Shown here: positions 50,471-57,717 of the stretch, piece after piece
How the letters are laid out: each line of letters starts with the position of its first letter
Position numbering within the stretch: position 1 is the stretch's first letter
Virus record (IMG/VR): IMGVR_UViG_3300001282_000006
Length of the DNA: 64,000 nt
Strand: one strand, 5' to 3'
Source of the DNA: a virus
Taxonomy: Duplodnaviria; Heunggongvirae; Uroviricota; Caudoviricetes
Program-made: the position numbers and the translations under genes
The notes under the pieces: generated by a model
What the model saw: the letters and a program-made list of their open reading frames with translations, nothing else
Told to the model about the DNA's origin: nothing
Databases searched by the model: none

Positions 50471-51064
50471 ATGAAAAACATTGAATATTTTTTTGAATTA
50501 ATACAAAAATCTGATATATCTCTTTTGGGGTATAGATTCAAGCAGGAAAGACTCAAAGACGAGATTATTTCTAAACTACCTCACTTGGTGGTTCCTGAAA
50601 TAGACTCGTCTTTTTCTTTTAAATCTTTTTTAAGAGATTTGAAACTTCAATCAATTTTAGAAACTGGTAATACTGTAAACAATCCAGAGTATCTTGTTTT
50701 AGATTTAAATGAGATTATATTTAAGTCAGATGATTTAGGAGGTAGACAAAATCAAATAGGAAATATTATTAATAAAATCAGAGAAGATTTATACTCAAAT
50801 TATTCTGATGTTTACCCTCAAACACCACCTTATAAACTTTTAATGTTAACATCACTATATAGTAGTGTAAAGAATGTTGATGATGCTAGTATTACAAATT
50901 TCAAAGGTGGTAGTAAACCAATTTATGTAAGTGATGTGGCTATTGTGATGGAAGAGGAGTCAATGAAAGTAATAAAGAATAGATTTGATGATAACAACAT
51001 TGATATTTCTTACAACAAATTAAAAGATTATAACTATATTTGTAACTATGAAAATAACAACTAA
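50471..51064 (+). CDS. Hypothetical protein.
   Basis: 197-aa ORF. Confidence 0.55.
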   Translation: MKNIEYFFELIQKSDISLLGYRFKQERLKDEIISKLPHLVVPEIDSSFSFKSFLRDLKLQSILETGNTVNNPEYLVLDLNEIIFKSDDLGGRQNQIGNIINKIREDLYSNYSDVYPQTPPYKLLMLTSLYSSVKNVDDASITNFKGGSKPIYVSDVAIVMEEESMKVIKNRFDDNNIDISYNKLKDYNYICNYENNN

Positions 51065-51482
51065 TAGAAAAGCTTATTATGAATACTTTGTGTTGGAAGA
51101 CTTCGACGCAGGTGTAATGCTATTGGGAGCTGAAGTTAAATCAGTTAGAGAAGGCAATGTTTCTATAGTTGATTGTTTTGCTTATATCACTAATGGTGAA
51201 GTTTGGTTAAAGAATATGAAAGTAGCCAGATATAAACAAACACATGTGGCTGAAAAACATGATGAAAGTCGAGATAAGAAATTACTTCTTAATCGAAAAG
51301 AGATTAATAGAATTGAAAAGTTACTTCAAGATAAAGGAACAACTATGGTTCCACTTGAAATATTTACAGCACATAACCGTGTAAAGGTTAAGATTGGTGT
51401 TGTTAAAGGAAAAAAGTTGTACGATAAAAGAGAAACAATCAAAAAAAGAGATATGGATCGAGAGATCCGTCGAACGGTATAA
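51048..51482 (+). CDS. smpB: SsrA-binding protein SmpB.
   Basis: NRKAYYEYFVLEDFDAGVMLLGAEVKSVREG...KKLLLNRKEI...KVKIGVVKGKKLYDKRETIKKRDMDRE aligns along its whole length with bacterial SmpB. Confidence 0.85.
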   Translation: MKITTNRKAYYEYFVLEDFDAGVMLLGAEVKSVREGNVSIVDCFAYITNGEVWLKNMKVARYKQTHVAEKHDESRDKKLLLNRKEINRIEKLLQDKGTTMVPLEIFTAHNRVKVKIGVVKGKKLYDKRETIKKRDMDREIRRTV

Positions 51483-51483
51483 A

Positions 51484-51846
51484 ATGGCTCGTAAATTAAA
51501 AGATATTAAACCTATATTAGAAGATTTAAATAAATCTTTGACAGAAGAAGAAATACTCAAACATCTTATTCTGTTAGTTAAAGGTTTTGATCCAAATCAA
51601 TATAGAGAAGTTATATACAGTAATCCATATTACAAGGCTTTAATACCAGATATTCAAAAAGATATAATTGAAGAGTTGGAAAAAATTAGTAAATCTATAC
51701 AAAATGAGATAGATACAATTGAATCTGATTTAAAAAAAGCCACTATAACATCAGCTAAAGAATTAAAAAAATTGAAAAGTGATTGTTTATCTTTGATATA
51801 TGAAATTGATGAGCGTAAAAAAGAAATTGATTCCTTATCTAAGTAA
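51484..51846 (+). CDS. Hypothetical protein.
   Basis: ATG at 51484 (MARKLKD...). Confidence 0.5.
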   Translation: MARKLKDIKPILEDLNKSLTEEEILKHLILLVKGFDPNQYREVIYSNPYYKALIPDIQKDIIEELEKISKSIQNEIDTIESDLKKATITSAKELKKLKSDCLSLIYEIDERKKEIDSLSK

Positions 51847-53532
51847 AGAATCAATATATCTTTCAATTTGTTTAGCCTTTTTAATATCTTCTAAAACTTC
51901 ATTTCTTCTTCTATCATTATCACATTCATTAATATAATATCTGACATCATTGGTATAATGAAATTCGTTTAGAATATTTCTAGTATAACCAAATGAAAAT
52001 CCTCTTTCACTAGCTAAATTTCTAATAGACCTTAATTTAACCATAATCATTCCCAAATCTTCAATAGTTTGAATGTTTTGTGAAAGTAAATAATTTTTAA
52101 TTTTCTTACCAATTTCTATAAATATTTTAAATATTTCTTTAAGTGGTTCTATATCACTATTATTAACTTCTTTAAGAGACTCATTATATTGTTTTGTATA
52201 ATCTTCAGAATATGAATTCAAACTTTTAAAAGAACTAATTATACTTGAGAGATAGTAATCTCTATCATTTCCATCAGTAGACTTCATCATATCATAAATA
52301 TAACCAGACATACTATCTAAACTATCAAATCCTGGTCTGCCTTTATAAATAGAAATAAAAGCTAAATCACCACAAACAGATTTTATTACCAACTTTTGAA
52401 GATTTTTAAGTTCTTTGATATCTTTATCAATACCCATTTTACCAACAATCGCAGTTAAATATCTTTCAATGTTTGCTCTTTTAATCTGAGAATCGGTCAT
52501 TAATTTAGTAGCACCTTCTCTTGATTCTTCTCTATTTGTTTTAATTTGATTAACTGGAACTTTAACTGATTTAAGTATATCATCAAGCATTAAAACAATT
52601 GAAAAGTCGGATTTTTCAACTAATGTATAATCATCTATTGACCAAGATGTATCACCCCATTCTCTTAAACCATAACTACTATTTAATGGTAAATTGAAGT
52701 CAAGAGGGCTTTCTTTTTCTTCTTCTTTTACTTCTTCTCTTTTAACACCTTCTATATGTAAAGGTTCTTCTGATGGTGTATAAATGTGTAATTTATTATG
52801 GTCAGAACCTGGAGAACTAACTGAACCCATATGCCAAGATCTTGAAAATGGTAAATAACCATCTTCATTTTCTTCACCATCTTCATCTCTCCAATTTCTC
52901 CAACTTTCACCATCTATTTGACCATCTGGTTCACCGCCTCCAGCAACACTTTGAATTCCATGAAGATCACCATATCCATCTCTCCAAATTTTAGCTAAAC
53001 CCATTCTTGACATATCATCTTCATCATCAGAGAATATACCAATTACTAACTGTTTGTGTGTCAAGTCTTCATAATTTTTAAGTGGTGTGAGTTTACCGGT
53101 TTTAATATTTAATCGATTTTTTATATAATCTAATTCATTATTGCTAAAATGTGAATTTCTATTACGACTTCTATTTCTGTTATTATTATATTTGATATAT
53201 GATTTAAAATCCATACTAGTATTACCAGTGCCGGTAAATCCTAAATATCCTTCATCCATTGAAAACCAAAACTTTAAACAATAAATTTCTTTATAATTTT
53301 CAACTCTGTCTACATTTCTAAGTTTAAGAGCTTGATTTCTATTAAGATATTTAACATCTTTATCACTTATCTTATCAATAGGAATATCAAATTGGGTAAT
53401 CAATCTTTTTAATTTATCCTTAAATCTTTCTTTAGAATTAGTATCTACTTTTTTAGCTAAGAACTTCATCATTTTTGATAAAGCATTAGATTCAAAAGCT
53501 TCAAATAACATTAAGTGTTTCATGTTTGACAT
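51835..53532 (-). CDS. Hypothetical protein with a CTS-like leader (MSNMKHLMLFE|AFE|S).
   Basis: 565-aa ORF. AATATATACATT sits directly upstream of the ATG. Confidence 0.7.
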   Translation of the reverse strand: MSNMKHLMLFEAFESNALSKMMKFLAKKVDTNSKERFKDKLKRLITQFDIPIDKISDKDVKYLNRNQALKLRNVDRVENYKEIYCLKFWFSMDEGYLGFTGTGNTSMDFKSYIKYNNNRNRSRNRNSHFSNNELDYIKNRLNIKTGKLTPLKNYEDLTHKQLVIGIFSDDEDDMSRMGLAKIWRDGYGDLHGIQSVAGGGEPDGQIDGESWRNWRDEDGEENEDGYLPFSRSWHMGSVSSPGSDHNKLHIYTPSEEPLHIEGVKREEVKEEEKESPLDFNLPLNSSYGLREWGDTSWSIDDYTLVEKSDFSIVLMLDDILKSVKVPVNQIKTNREESREGATKLMTDSQIKRANIERYLTAIVGKMGIDKDIKELKNLQKLVIKSVCGDLAFISIYKGRPGFDSLDSMSGYIYDMMKSTDGNDRDYYLSSIISSFKSLNSYSEDYTKQYNESLKEVNNSDIEPLKEIFKIFIEIGKKIKNYLLSQNIQTIEDLGMIMVKLRSIRNLASERGFSFGYTRNILNEFHYTNDVRYYINECDNDRRRNEVLEDIKKAKQIERYIDSLLR

Positions 53533-53539
53533 AATGTAT

Positions 53540-54018
53540 ATATTAAAATTTATTTGGTAAATTGAAACTTTCTTTCTACATTTGTATAAGAATTAACCAA
53601 GAGTCGTTAAGACAAGAGCTAAGAAATTAGCGTGTCGAAAGATTTCACATTAATATATGATAAAACCGTGTGAGTCTTAACGAAATTATGGTAGTAAGTA
53701 GCTGTTAAATAAGTTAACACCCTTGTTAAAGCCAGTGAACTACCTTGTAAATATAACTATATAATAATAGTAAGGGTGTAGATATCGAAGTCGTGTTGGT
53801 GATAGATGTCTCAAATAACTAATGATTAAACCCAACTCAAAGAAGATTTTAAACGAGCAGAATGGTAACACTGCTCAACCGAGGCGAAAGCATATTAAAA
53901 GGTAATCCTAAGTGATGAGGTCACTAAAAGTCAAGGTAAGGTTCTCGGATTTCGACCATACTTGACAGACGTTCCACCAATCTTCTTTTTTAATTGTAAA
54001 TAAGTAAATAAAAATAAA
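53540..54018. other. 480-bp ORF-free region that is GC-richer than its surroundings. It is a candidate structured non-coding RNA or regulatory region (tmRNA partner of SmpB, or an origin).
   Basis: No ORF longer than 28 aa in a genome otherwise packed end to end. Local GC is clearly above background. Confidence 0.25.
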
Positions 54019-54423
54019 ATGACACTGAAAGAAAAAATCAACGCAGACTTTATGACAGCATTTAAGTCTAAGAACATGGTAGCAAAAAGCATACTATCTG
54101 TTGTTAAAGGAGAAATTCAAACTGTAGAAAAGAATATTGGTTCTGATAATCTTTCAGATGTTGAGGTAACTAAAATTCTTACAAAAACTGTAAAGTCTCT
54201 TAAAGAAACTATTACATTAAGCAATGACGAAAAATCTAAAGTAGAATTGTCAGTAATTGAAGTTTATCTTCCAACACAAATGTCTAAAGAAGAAGTTACA
54301 GCTAAAGTAACAGAACTTGTTAATTCTGGAATCACACAAATCGGTGCTATTATGAAAGAATTCGCAACTCTTCCAGCTGATAAGAAAATGGTTTCTGAAT
54401 CAATCAAAGAAGTTATTAAGTAG
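54019..54423 (+). CDS. GatB/YqeY-domain protein.
   Basis: MTLKEKINADFMTAFKSKNMVAKSILSVVKGEIQ fits the YqeY family pattern. Confidence 0.7.
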   Translation: MTLKEKINADFMTAFKSKNMVAKSILSVVKGEIQTVEKNIGSDNLSDVEVTKILTKTVKSLKETITLSNDEKSKVELSVIEVYLPTQMSKEEVTAKVTELVNSGITQIGAIMKEFATLPADKKMVSESIKEVIK

Positions 54424-54922
54424 TAATAGTAACTGTTGATGCTGATGAACCAGCAACATTAACTGCGGTTAATGTAACTGTATAAGTTAATCCACTAGAA
54501 GCATAGTTATATTTATAACTTCCACCATTTATTACTTCTTTTGTAATTTGAGTAGCGTTATTATTATAGTAAATTTGCCCACCACCATCAGAATATATTT
54601 TACCAGATTCTGATACAACTACTTGATATCTATTGGCACCTGATAATTGATTCCAAGATATGTTTAAAACAGGACTAGAAAAACTACAAGTAAGACCTAA
54701 TGAACCTGCCGGTGTTGAGAATGTGTTAACTCTGTCATTCCATTTTGCGTATGGTTTTGCTGGATCACCATTTGACCAAGTAACTGTTTCAACATTTGCG
54801 GCTGTTGTAACTTTTCTAATAGACCAATTGAAATCTGTAGAAGCAGCATTTGGATCAATTGAATATCCATAATATATGGATGGAGTGGCATAGTCTTTTC
54901 TTAAATAATTTGTTAAATCCAT
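54416..54922 (-). CDS. Fibronectin-type-III-like domain protein (probably virion-associated).
   Basis: NISWNQLSGANRYQVVVSE...YTVTLTAVNVAGSS. Confidence 0.45.
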   Translation of the reverse strand: MDLTNYLRKDYATPSIYYGYSIDPNAASTDFNWSIRKVTTAANVETVTWSNGDPAKPYAKWNDRVNTFSTPAGSLGLTCSFSSPVLNISWNQLSGANRYQVVVSESGKIYSDGGGQIYYNNNATQITKEVINGGSYKYNYASSGLTYTVTLTAVNVAGSSASTVTITT

Positions 54923-55016
54923 TTTGTAGTTTTATAGTTTAACTTATATATTAAAAACAATTTCTCACATTTTGATGTACGATTAAATTTTTACTATATA
55001 AAAGAAAAAATTAATT

Positions 55017-55229
55017 ATGAGTTATTTAAGAGATAATGGAATTATTACCGAAAAACAATATGTTGGTAAAACTTTAGATGAAGCAACAAAATATGCCGAA
55101 AATGGTGGATTTGTAGTTAGAGTAGTAGAAGTAGATGGTCATTCTAAAATGCTTACTATGGAAGTTAAATCTAATAGAATTAACTTTAGAGTTAAGGGTG
55201 GTTATATAACTGCTGCTTATGGTGGGTAA
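55017..55229 (+). CDS. Small protein resembling peptidase inhibitor I78.
   Basis: VGKTLDEATKYAENGGFVVRVVEVDG..MLTMEV.SNRINFRVKGGYI follows the I78 pattern. Confidence 0.3.
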   Translation: MSYLRDNGIITEKQYVGKTLDEATKYAENGGFVVRVVEVDGHSKMLTMEVKSNRINFRVKGGYITAAYGG

Positions 55230-55278
55230 ATTTTAATAATAGTTTGGTAAATTATTATTTTTTCCATATCTTTGTGTT

Positions 55279-55527
55279 ATGGAAAACAAATTTAGAAACG
55301 CACTAATTATTATAGCTATTGCTTTTTCAGCATTTGCTTTTTATAACTTATACTCTTCAAGAGATTATAAACTTACAGTTTGTAATGGGTCAGGTTTTAC
55401 ATATATGGAAACATTTATTTACTGTGACTCATTTGAAATGGTTTCTATTAACGAAGTTAAGTTCTGGGTAGATGGTAAAGAACAAACAGTTTTGGCAACA
55501 GATTGTATCAGAGTTGAAACAAATTAA
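55279..55527 (+). CDS. Small membrane protein.
   Basis: N-terminal TM segment ALIIIAIAFSAFAFYNLY. Confidence 0.45.
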   Translation: MENKFRNALIIIAIAFSAFAFYNLYSSRDYKLTVCNGSGFTYMETFIYCDSFEMVSINEVKFWVDGKEQTVLATDCIRVETN

Positions 55528-55767
55528 TAAAAAAATAAAAAATATTAGGTGGAATTAAAACTTTTATCTATATTTGTATAAAATAAGAACAAAATAACCA
55601 AAAGGAAGAAATCCTTTTTAATATATAAAGAAATGACAACAAATCGCACACATAAACATTTTAGTAAATCGAGCAAGTGGTTTAGCACCCAGTTCGGTAC
55701 TGAAAGAGTATTGCGTGATTTGAAGGATGTCATTTAAGATTATCTAGAAAATTAAAATCAATATATC

Positions 55768-55799
55768 AGTCCGAACTTCAAAAGAGTTCGGATTTTTTG
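55768..55799 (+). terminator. Rho-independent terminator immediately preceding the tRNA cluster.
   Basis: gtccgaact-tcaaaag-agttcggattttttg. Confidence 0.7.
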
Positions 55800-55808
55800 T
55801 TTTTATAT

Positions 55809-55894
55809 GGTGTCGTTATTGTTAATGGAGAATCGAAAGATGAGCATTTAACTCTGTGAAAGTTAAGGTACGGGTTCGAATCCCGTACGACACC
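55809..55894 (+). ncRNA. tRNA-like element with canonical acceptor and T arms. The D and anticodon region is atypical or carries an insertion.
   Basis: GGTGTCG...GTACGGGTTCGAATCCCGTAC-GACACC. The internal region does not fold as a standard D or anticodon arm. Confidence 0.3.
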
Positions 55895-55900
55895 CAAATT

Positions 55901-55973
55901 GGAACCTAAGCTAATCAGGTGAAAGCACTGGACTGAAAATCCAGGGAGCCCGGATCGTTACCGGGAGGTTCCA
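55901..55973 (+). tRNA. tRNA with a GAA anticodon (Phe-like) and an atypical T-loop ATCGTTA.
   Basis: GGAACCT..CTGGA-CTGAAAA-TCCAG..CCCGG-ATCGTTA-CCGGG-AGGTTCC-A. Confidence 0.45.
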
Positions 55974-56050
55974 CGGAGTCCTGAGATAAACAGGAGACCC
56001 CCACTCCCATATGGCAGTCAGTCCGGTAATCTGATGAAGTGGGGTATTAT

Positions 56051-56124
56051 GGTGAATGTAGCTCAATCGGTAGAGCGCTGGTTTGTGGTACCAGAGGTAG
56101 CGGGATCGTAACCCGTCATTTACC
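56051..56124 (+). tRNA. tRNA-His(GUG) with the extra G-1:C73 pair.
   Basis: G-GTGAATG-TA-GCTCAATCGGTAGAGC..CTGGT-TTGTGGT-ACCAG..GCGGG-ATCGTAA-CCCGT-CATTTAC-C. Confidence 0.65.
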
Positions 56125-56129
56125 CAAAA

Positions 56130-56201
56130 GGAGACTTAGCTAAGTAGGTTTAGCGTCCGGTTGAAGCCCGGAAGAGATCGGTTCGATTCCGGTAGTCTCC
56201 A
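56130..56201 (+). tRNA. tRNA-Phe(GAA).
   Basis: GGAGACT-TA-GCTAAGTAGGTTTAGC-G-TCCGG-TTGAAGC-CCGGA..ATCGG-TTCGATT-CCGGT-AGTCTCC-A. Confidence 0.65.
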
Positions 56202-56207
56202 CAACAT

Positions 56208-56278
56208 ACGTCATACAGACAAGGTGTCGGTCAGGTCTCCAAAACCTCGACGGTGGGGTTCGATTCCTCAATGGCGTG
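56208..56278 (+). tRNA. tRNA-Trp(CCA).
   Basis: ACGTCAT..AGGT-CTCCAAA-ACCT..TGGGG-TTCGATT-CCTCA-ATGGCGT-G. The acceptor stem pairs along its full length. Confidence 0.55.
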
Positions 56279-56337
56279 CTAATATTATAAAAGAAAAATT
56301 AAAAGAAATGAAAACAAAATTGAAATATAAACGCTAG

Positions 56338-56363
56338 GCAACGATTCATACGGATCGTTGCCC
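56338..56363 (+). other. Perfect 9-bp hairpin inside the tRNA cluster (processing or terminator element).
   Basis: GGCAACGAT-tcatacgg-ATCGTTGCC. Confidence 0.4.
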
Positions 56364-56376
56364 TCAATAAGACAAT

Positions 56377-56449
56377 GATTCCGTAGCTCAATCGGTGGAG
56401 CTTCCGACTTTTAATCGGAAGGTTGTGGGTTCGAACCCCACCGGGATCA
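56377..56449 (+). tRNA. tRNA-Lys(UUU).
   Basis: GATTCCG-TA-GCTCAATCGGTGGAGC-T-TCCGA-CTTTTAA-TCGGA-AGGTT-GTGGG-TTCGAAC-CCCAC-CGGGATC-A. Confidence 0.75.
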
Positions 56450-56463
56450 CTAAAAACACAAAT

Positions 56464-56546
56464 GATCCTGTCGCTTAGCGGCTATAGCAACTGGCTTTTA
56501 ACCAGTAGATTAATTTCAACCGTGGGTTCGAGTCCCACCAGGATCA
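56464..56546 (+). tRNA. tRNA-Lys-like paralogue (UUU anticodon as read) with a 15-nt variable region.
   Basis: GATCCTG..ACTGG-CTTTTAA-CCAGT-AGATTAATTTCAACC-GTGGG-TTCGAGT-CCCAC-CAGGATC-A. Confidence 0.45.
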
Positions 56547-56555
56547 CTAAGTAAT

Positions 56556-56638
56556 GCGTCTGTCGCTTAGTGGCTATAGCAACTGGCTTTTAACCAGTAG
56601 ATTAATTTCAACCGTGGGTTCGAGTCCCACCAGACGCA
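56556..56638 (+). tRNA. Tandem near-identical copy of the previous tRNA with a different acceptor stem (GCGTCTG/CAGACGC).
   Basis: The body is identical to 56464..56546 except for one D-loop base. All seven acceptor-stem base pairs are replaced. Confidence 0.45.
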
Positions 56639-56645
56639 CAAAATT

Positions 56646-56729
56646 GATTCCGTCGCATAGCGGCGATTGCGCCAGACTCTTAATCTGATGATGAAAAGTC
56701 CACCGTGGGTTCGAGTCCCACCGGAATCA
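56646..56729 (+). tRNA. tRNA-Lys-like paralogue (CUU anticodon as read) with an expanded variable region.
   Basis: GATTCCG..CAGA-CTCTTAA-TCTG..GATGATGAAAAGTCCACC-GTGGG-TTCGAGT-CCCAC-CGGAATC-A. Confidence 0.4.
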
Positions 56730-56738
56730 CAAAAAATG

Positions 56739-56879
56739 GAGAGAGTAGCTCAGTTGGTAGAGCACGTTATTATACTCTGATAAGTATTCTCTGATTACGG
56801 TTAACGTAATTAGTAGTGATGTTAAGAGTTACTTCGGCTGTTAACCGCGTGGTCGTAGGTTCGAGTCCTGCCTCTCTCC
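56739..56879 (+). tRNA. tRNA gene interrupted by a ~65-nt insertion (putative small intron). A possible anticodon arm CGG-CTGTTAA-CCG gives GUU/Asn.
   Basis: Canonical GAGAGAG-TA-GCTCAGTTGGTAGAGC 5' part and GTAGG-TTCGAGT-CCTGC-CTCTCTC-C 3' part, separated by extra sequence containing AGAGTTACTTCG. Confidence 0.4.
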
Positions 56880-56945
56880 CTAGTTATGAGACTGTTTAGA
56901 ATTTTATCGACTTGGCACTTTTCAAGTAACGTAATAAATTCATTT

Positions 56946-57073
56946 GGGGATGTAGCTCAGTGGTAGAGAAAACTATCTCTTTTGAAATTTTACCTCGTAA
57001 GAGTGTTGATTGAGAGAGTTACTTCGTATATTTTGAAATTATAAGGTCGTTGGTTCGAATCCAACCATCCCCA
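56946..57073 (+). tRNA. tRNA gene interrupted by a ~55-nt insertion related to the one in 56739..56879.
   Basis: GGGGATG-TA-GCTCAGTGGTAGAG...GTTGG-TTCGAAT-CCAAC-CATCCCC-A. The insert contains GAGAGTTACTTCG and a duplicated TTTTGAAATT. Confidence 0.4.
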
Positions 57074-57116
57074 CAAAAAAAGAAGAATAAAAAATTAATA
57101 TATAACAAATAAGATT

Positions 57117-57194
57117 ATGAAAACAATTATTAACACATCGTCAAAATCGTCAAGTCGCTCGTCAAAAATGAGTGAGGTTCGATCGTGTTCATAA
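57117..57194 (+). CDS. Possible 25-aa Ser-rich micro-ORF inside the tRNA cluster.
   Basis: ATG preceded by TTAATATATAAC and followed by a terminator. MKTIINTSSKSSSRSSKMSEVRSCS. Confidence 0.15.
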   Translation: MKTIINTSSKSSSRSSKMSEVRSCS

Positions 57195-57214
57195 TATTCA
57201 AATAAGATATTAAA

Positions 57215-57251
57215 GAAACCCTTCGAACATCAGTTTGAAGGGTTTTTTGTT
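57215..57251 (+). terminator. Rho-independent terminator between tRNA sub-clusters.
   Basis: aaacccttc-gaacatcagttt-gaagggttttttg. Confidence 0.7.
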
Positions 57252-57258
57252 TTTATAT

Positions 57259-57333
57259 GGTTCTATAGTTTAACTGGATAAAACACTCGGCTACGAACCG
57301 AGAGACGTGAAGGTTCGAATCCTTCTAGAATCA
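57259..57333 (+). tRNA. tRNA-Arg(ACG).
   Basis: GGTTCTA-TA-GTTTAACTGGATAAAAC-A-CTCGG-CTACGAA-CCGAG..GAAGG-TTCGAAT-CCTTC-TAGAATC-A. Confidence 0.7.
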
Positions 57334-57338
57334 CAAAT

Positions 57339-57422
57339 GGAGAGGTAATTTAGCTGGCGCTAAAGCTAGTCTTGAAAACTAGTCGTACCTACGGGTATGG
57401 GGATCGATACCTCACCTCTCCG
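57339..57422 (+). tRNA. tRNA-Ser(UGA), class II.
   Basis: GGAGAGG..CTAGT-CTTGAAA-ACTAG, long variable arm CGTACCTACGG, TGGGG-ATCGATA-CCTCA-CCTCTCC-G. Confidence 0.65.
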
Positions 57423-57427
57423 CAACC

Positions 57428-57513
57428 GGAAGGAGTCCGAATGGACGAGGACACCGCCTTGAAAGCGGCTGGGTCGAAAGGCTTTGGGGGTTCGATTCCC
57501 TCTTCTTCCGCCA
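57428..57513 (+). tRNA. Second class-II tRNA with a UGA anticodon (Ser) and an encoded 3' CCA.
   Basis: GGAAGGA..CCGC-CTTGAAA-GCGG, long variable arm, GGGGG-TTCGATT-CCCTC-TTCTTCC-G-CCA. Confidence 0.55.
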
Positions 57514-57515
57514 AT

Positions 57516-57601
57516 GGAGAGTAAACTAGTCAGGGTACTAGCACCGCCTGCTAAGCGAGTGGCACAATAAAATGTGTGAGTTTCGAATACTCTGCTCTCC
57601 G
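57516..57601 (+). tRNA. Class-II tRNA, probably Ser(GCU). The anticodon stem is weak.
   Basis: GGAGAGT..CTGCTAA loop, variable hairpin CACAATAAAATGTG, TTCGAAT T-loop, GCTCTCC-G. Confidence 0.45.
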
Positions 57602-57613
57602 CAAAAGATAACT

Positions 57614-57700
57614 GGAGAGTTGTCCGAGTGGTTTATGGAGCACGCTTGGAAAGCGTGTGTACTTGAAAGAGTACCGAGGGTTCGAATCCCTCACTCTCCG
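57614..57700 (+). tRNA. tRNA-Ser(GGA), class II.
   Basis: GGAGAGT-T-GTCCGAGTGGTTTATGGAGCA-CACGC-TTGGAAA-GCGTG-TGTACTTGAAAGAGTACC-GAGGG-TTCGAAT-CCCTC-ACTCTCC-G. Confidence 0.7.
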
Positions 57701-57717
57701 CATAAAAATTAAGAATT

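Noticed and set aside
53540-54018. Tried to read a canonical tmRNA (GGGG… 5' end, GGATTCGAC box, tag ORF ending ALAA-stop, T-arm plus CCACCA 3' end) in this ORF-free island.
   Set aside because: Only loose resemblances were found (ggatttcgacc, …gttccacca). There is no convincing tag reading frame or tRNA-like pairing, so it is reported only as an uncharacterised candidate ncRNA region.
55974-56050. A possible extra tRNA between the Phe-like tRNA and tRNA-His.
   Set aside because: The segment forms a long 7-bp-closed hairpin (CCCCACT…AGTGGGG) but has no cloverleaf with D and T arms on either strand.
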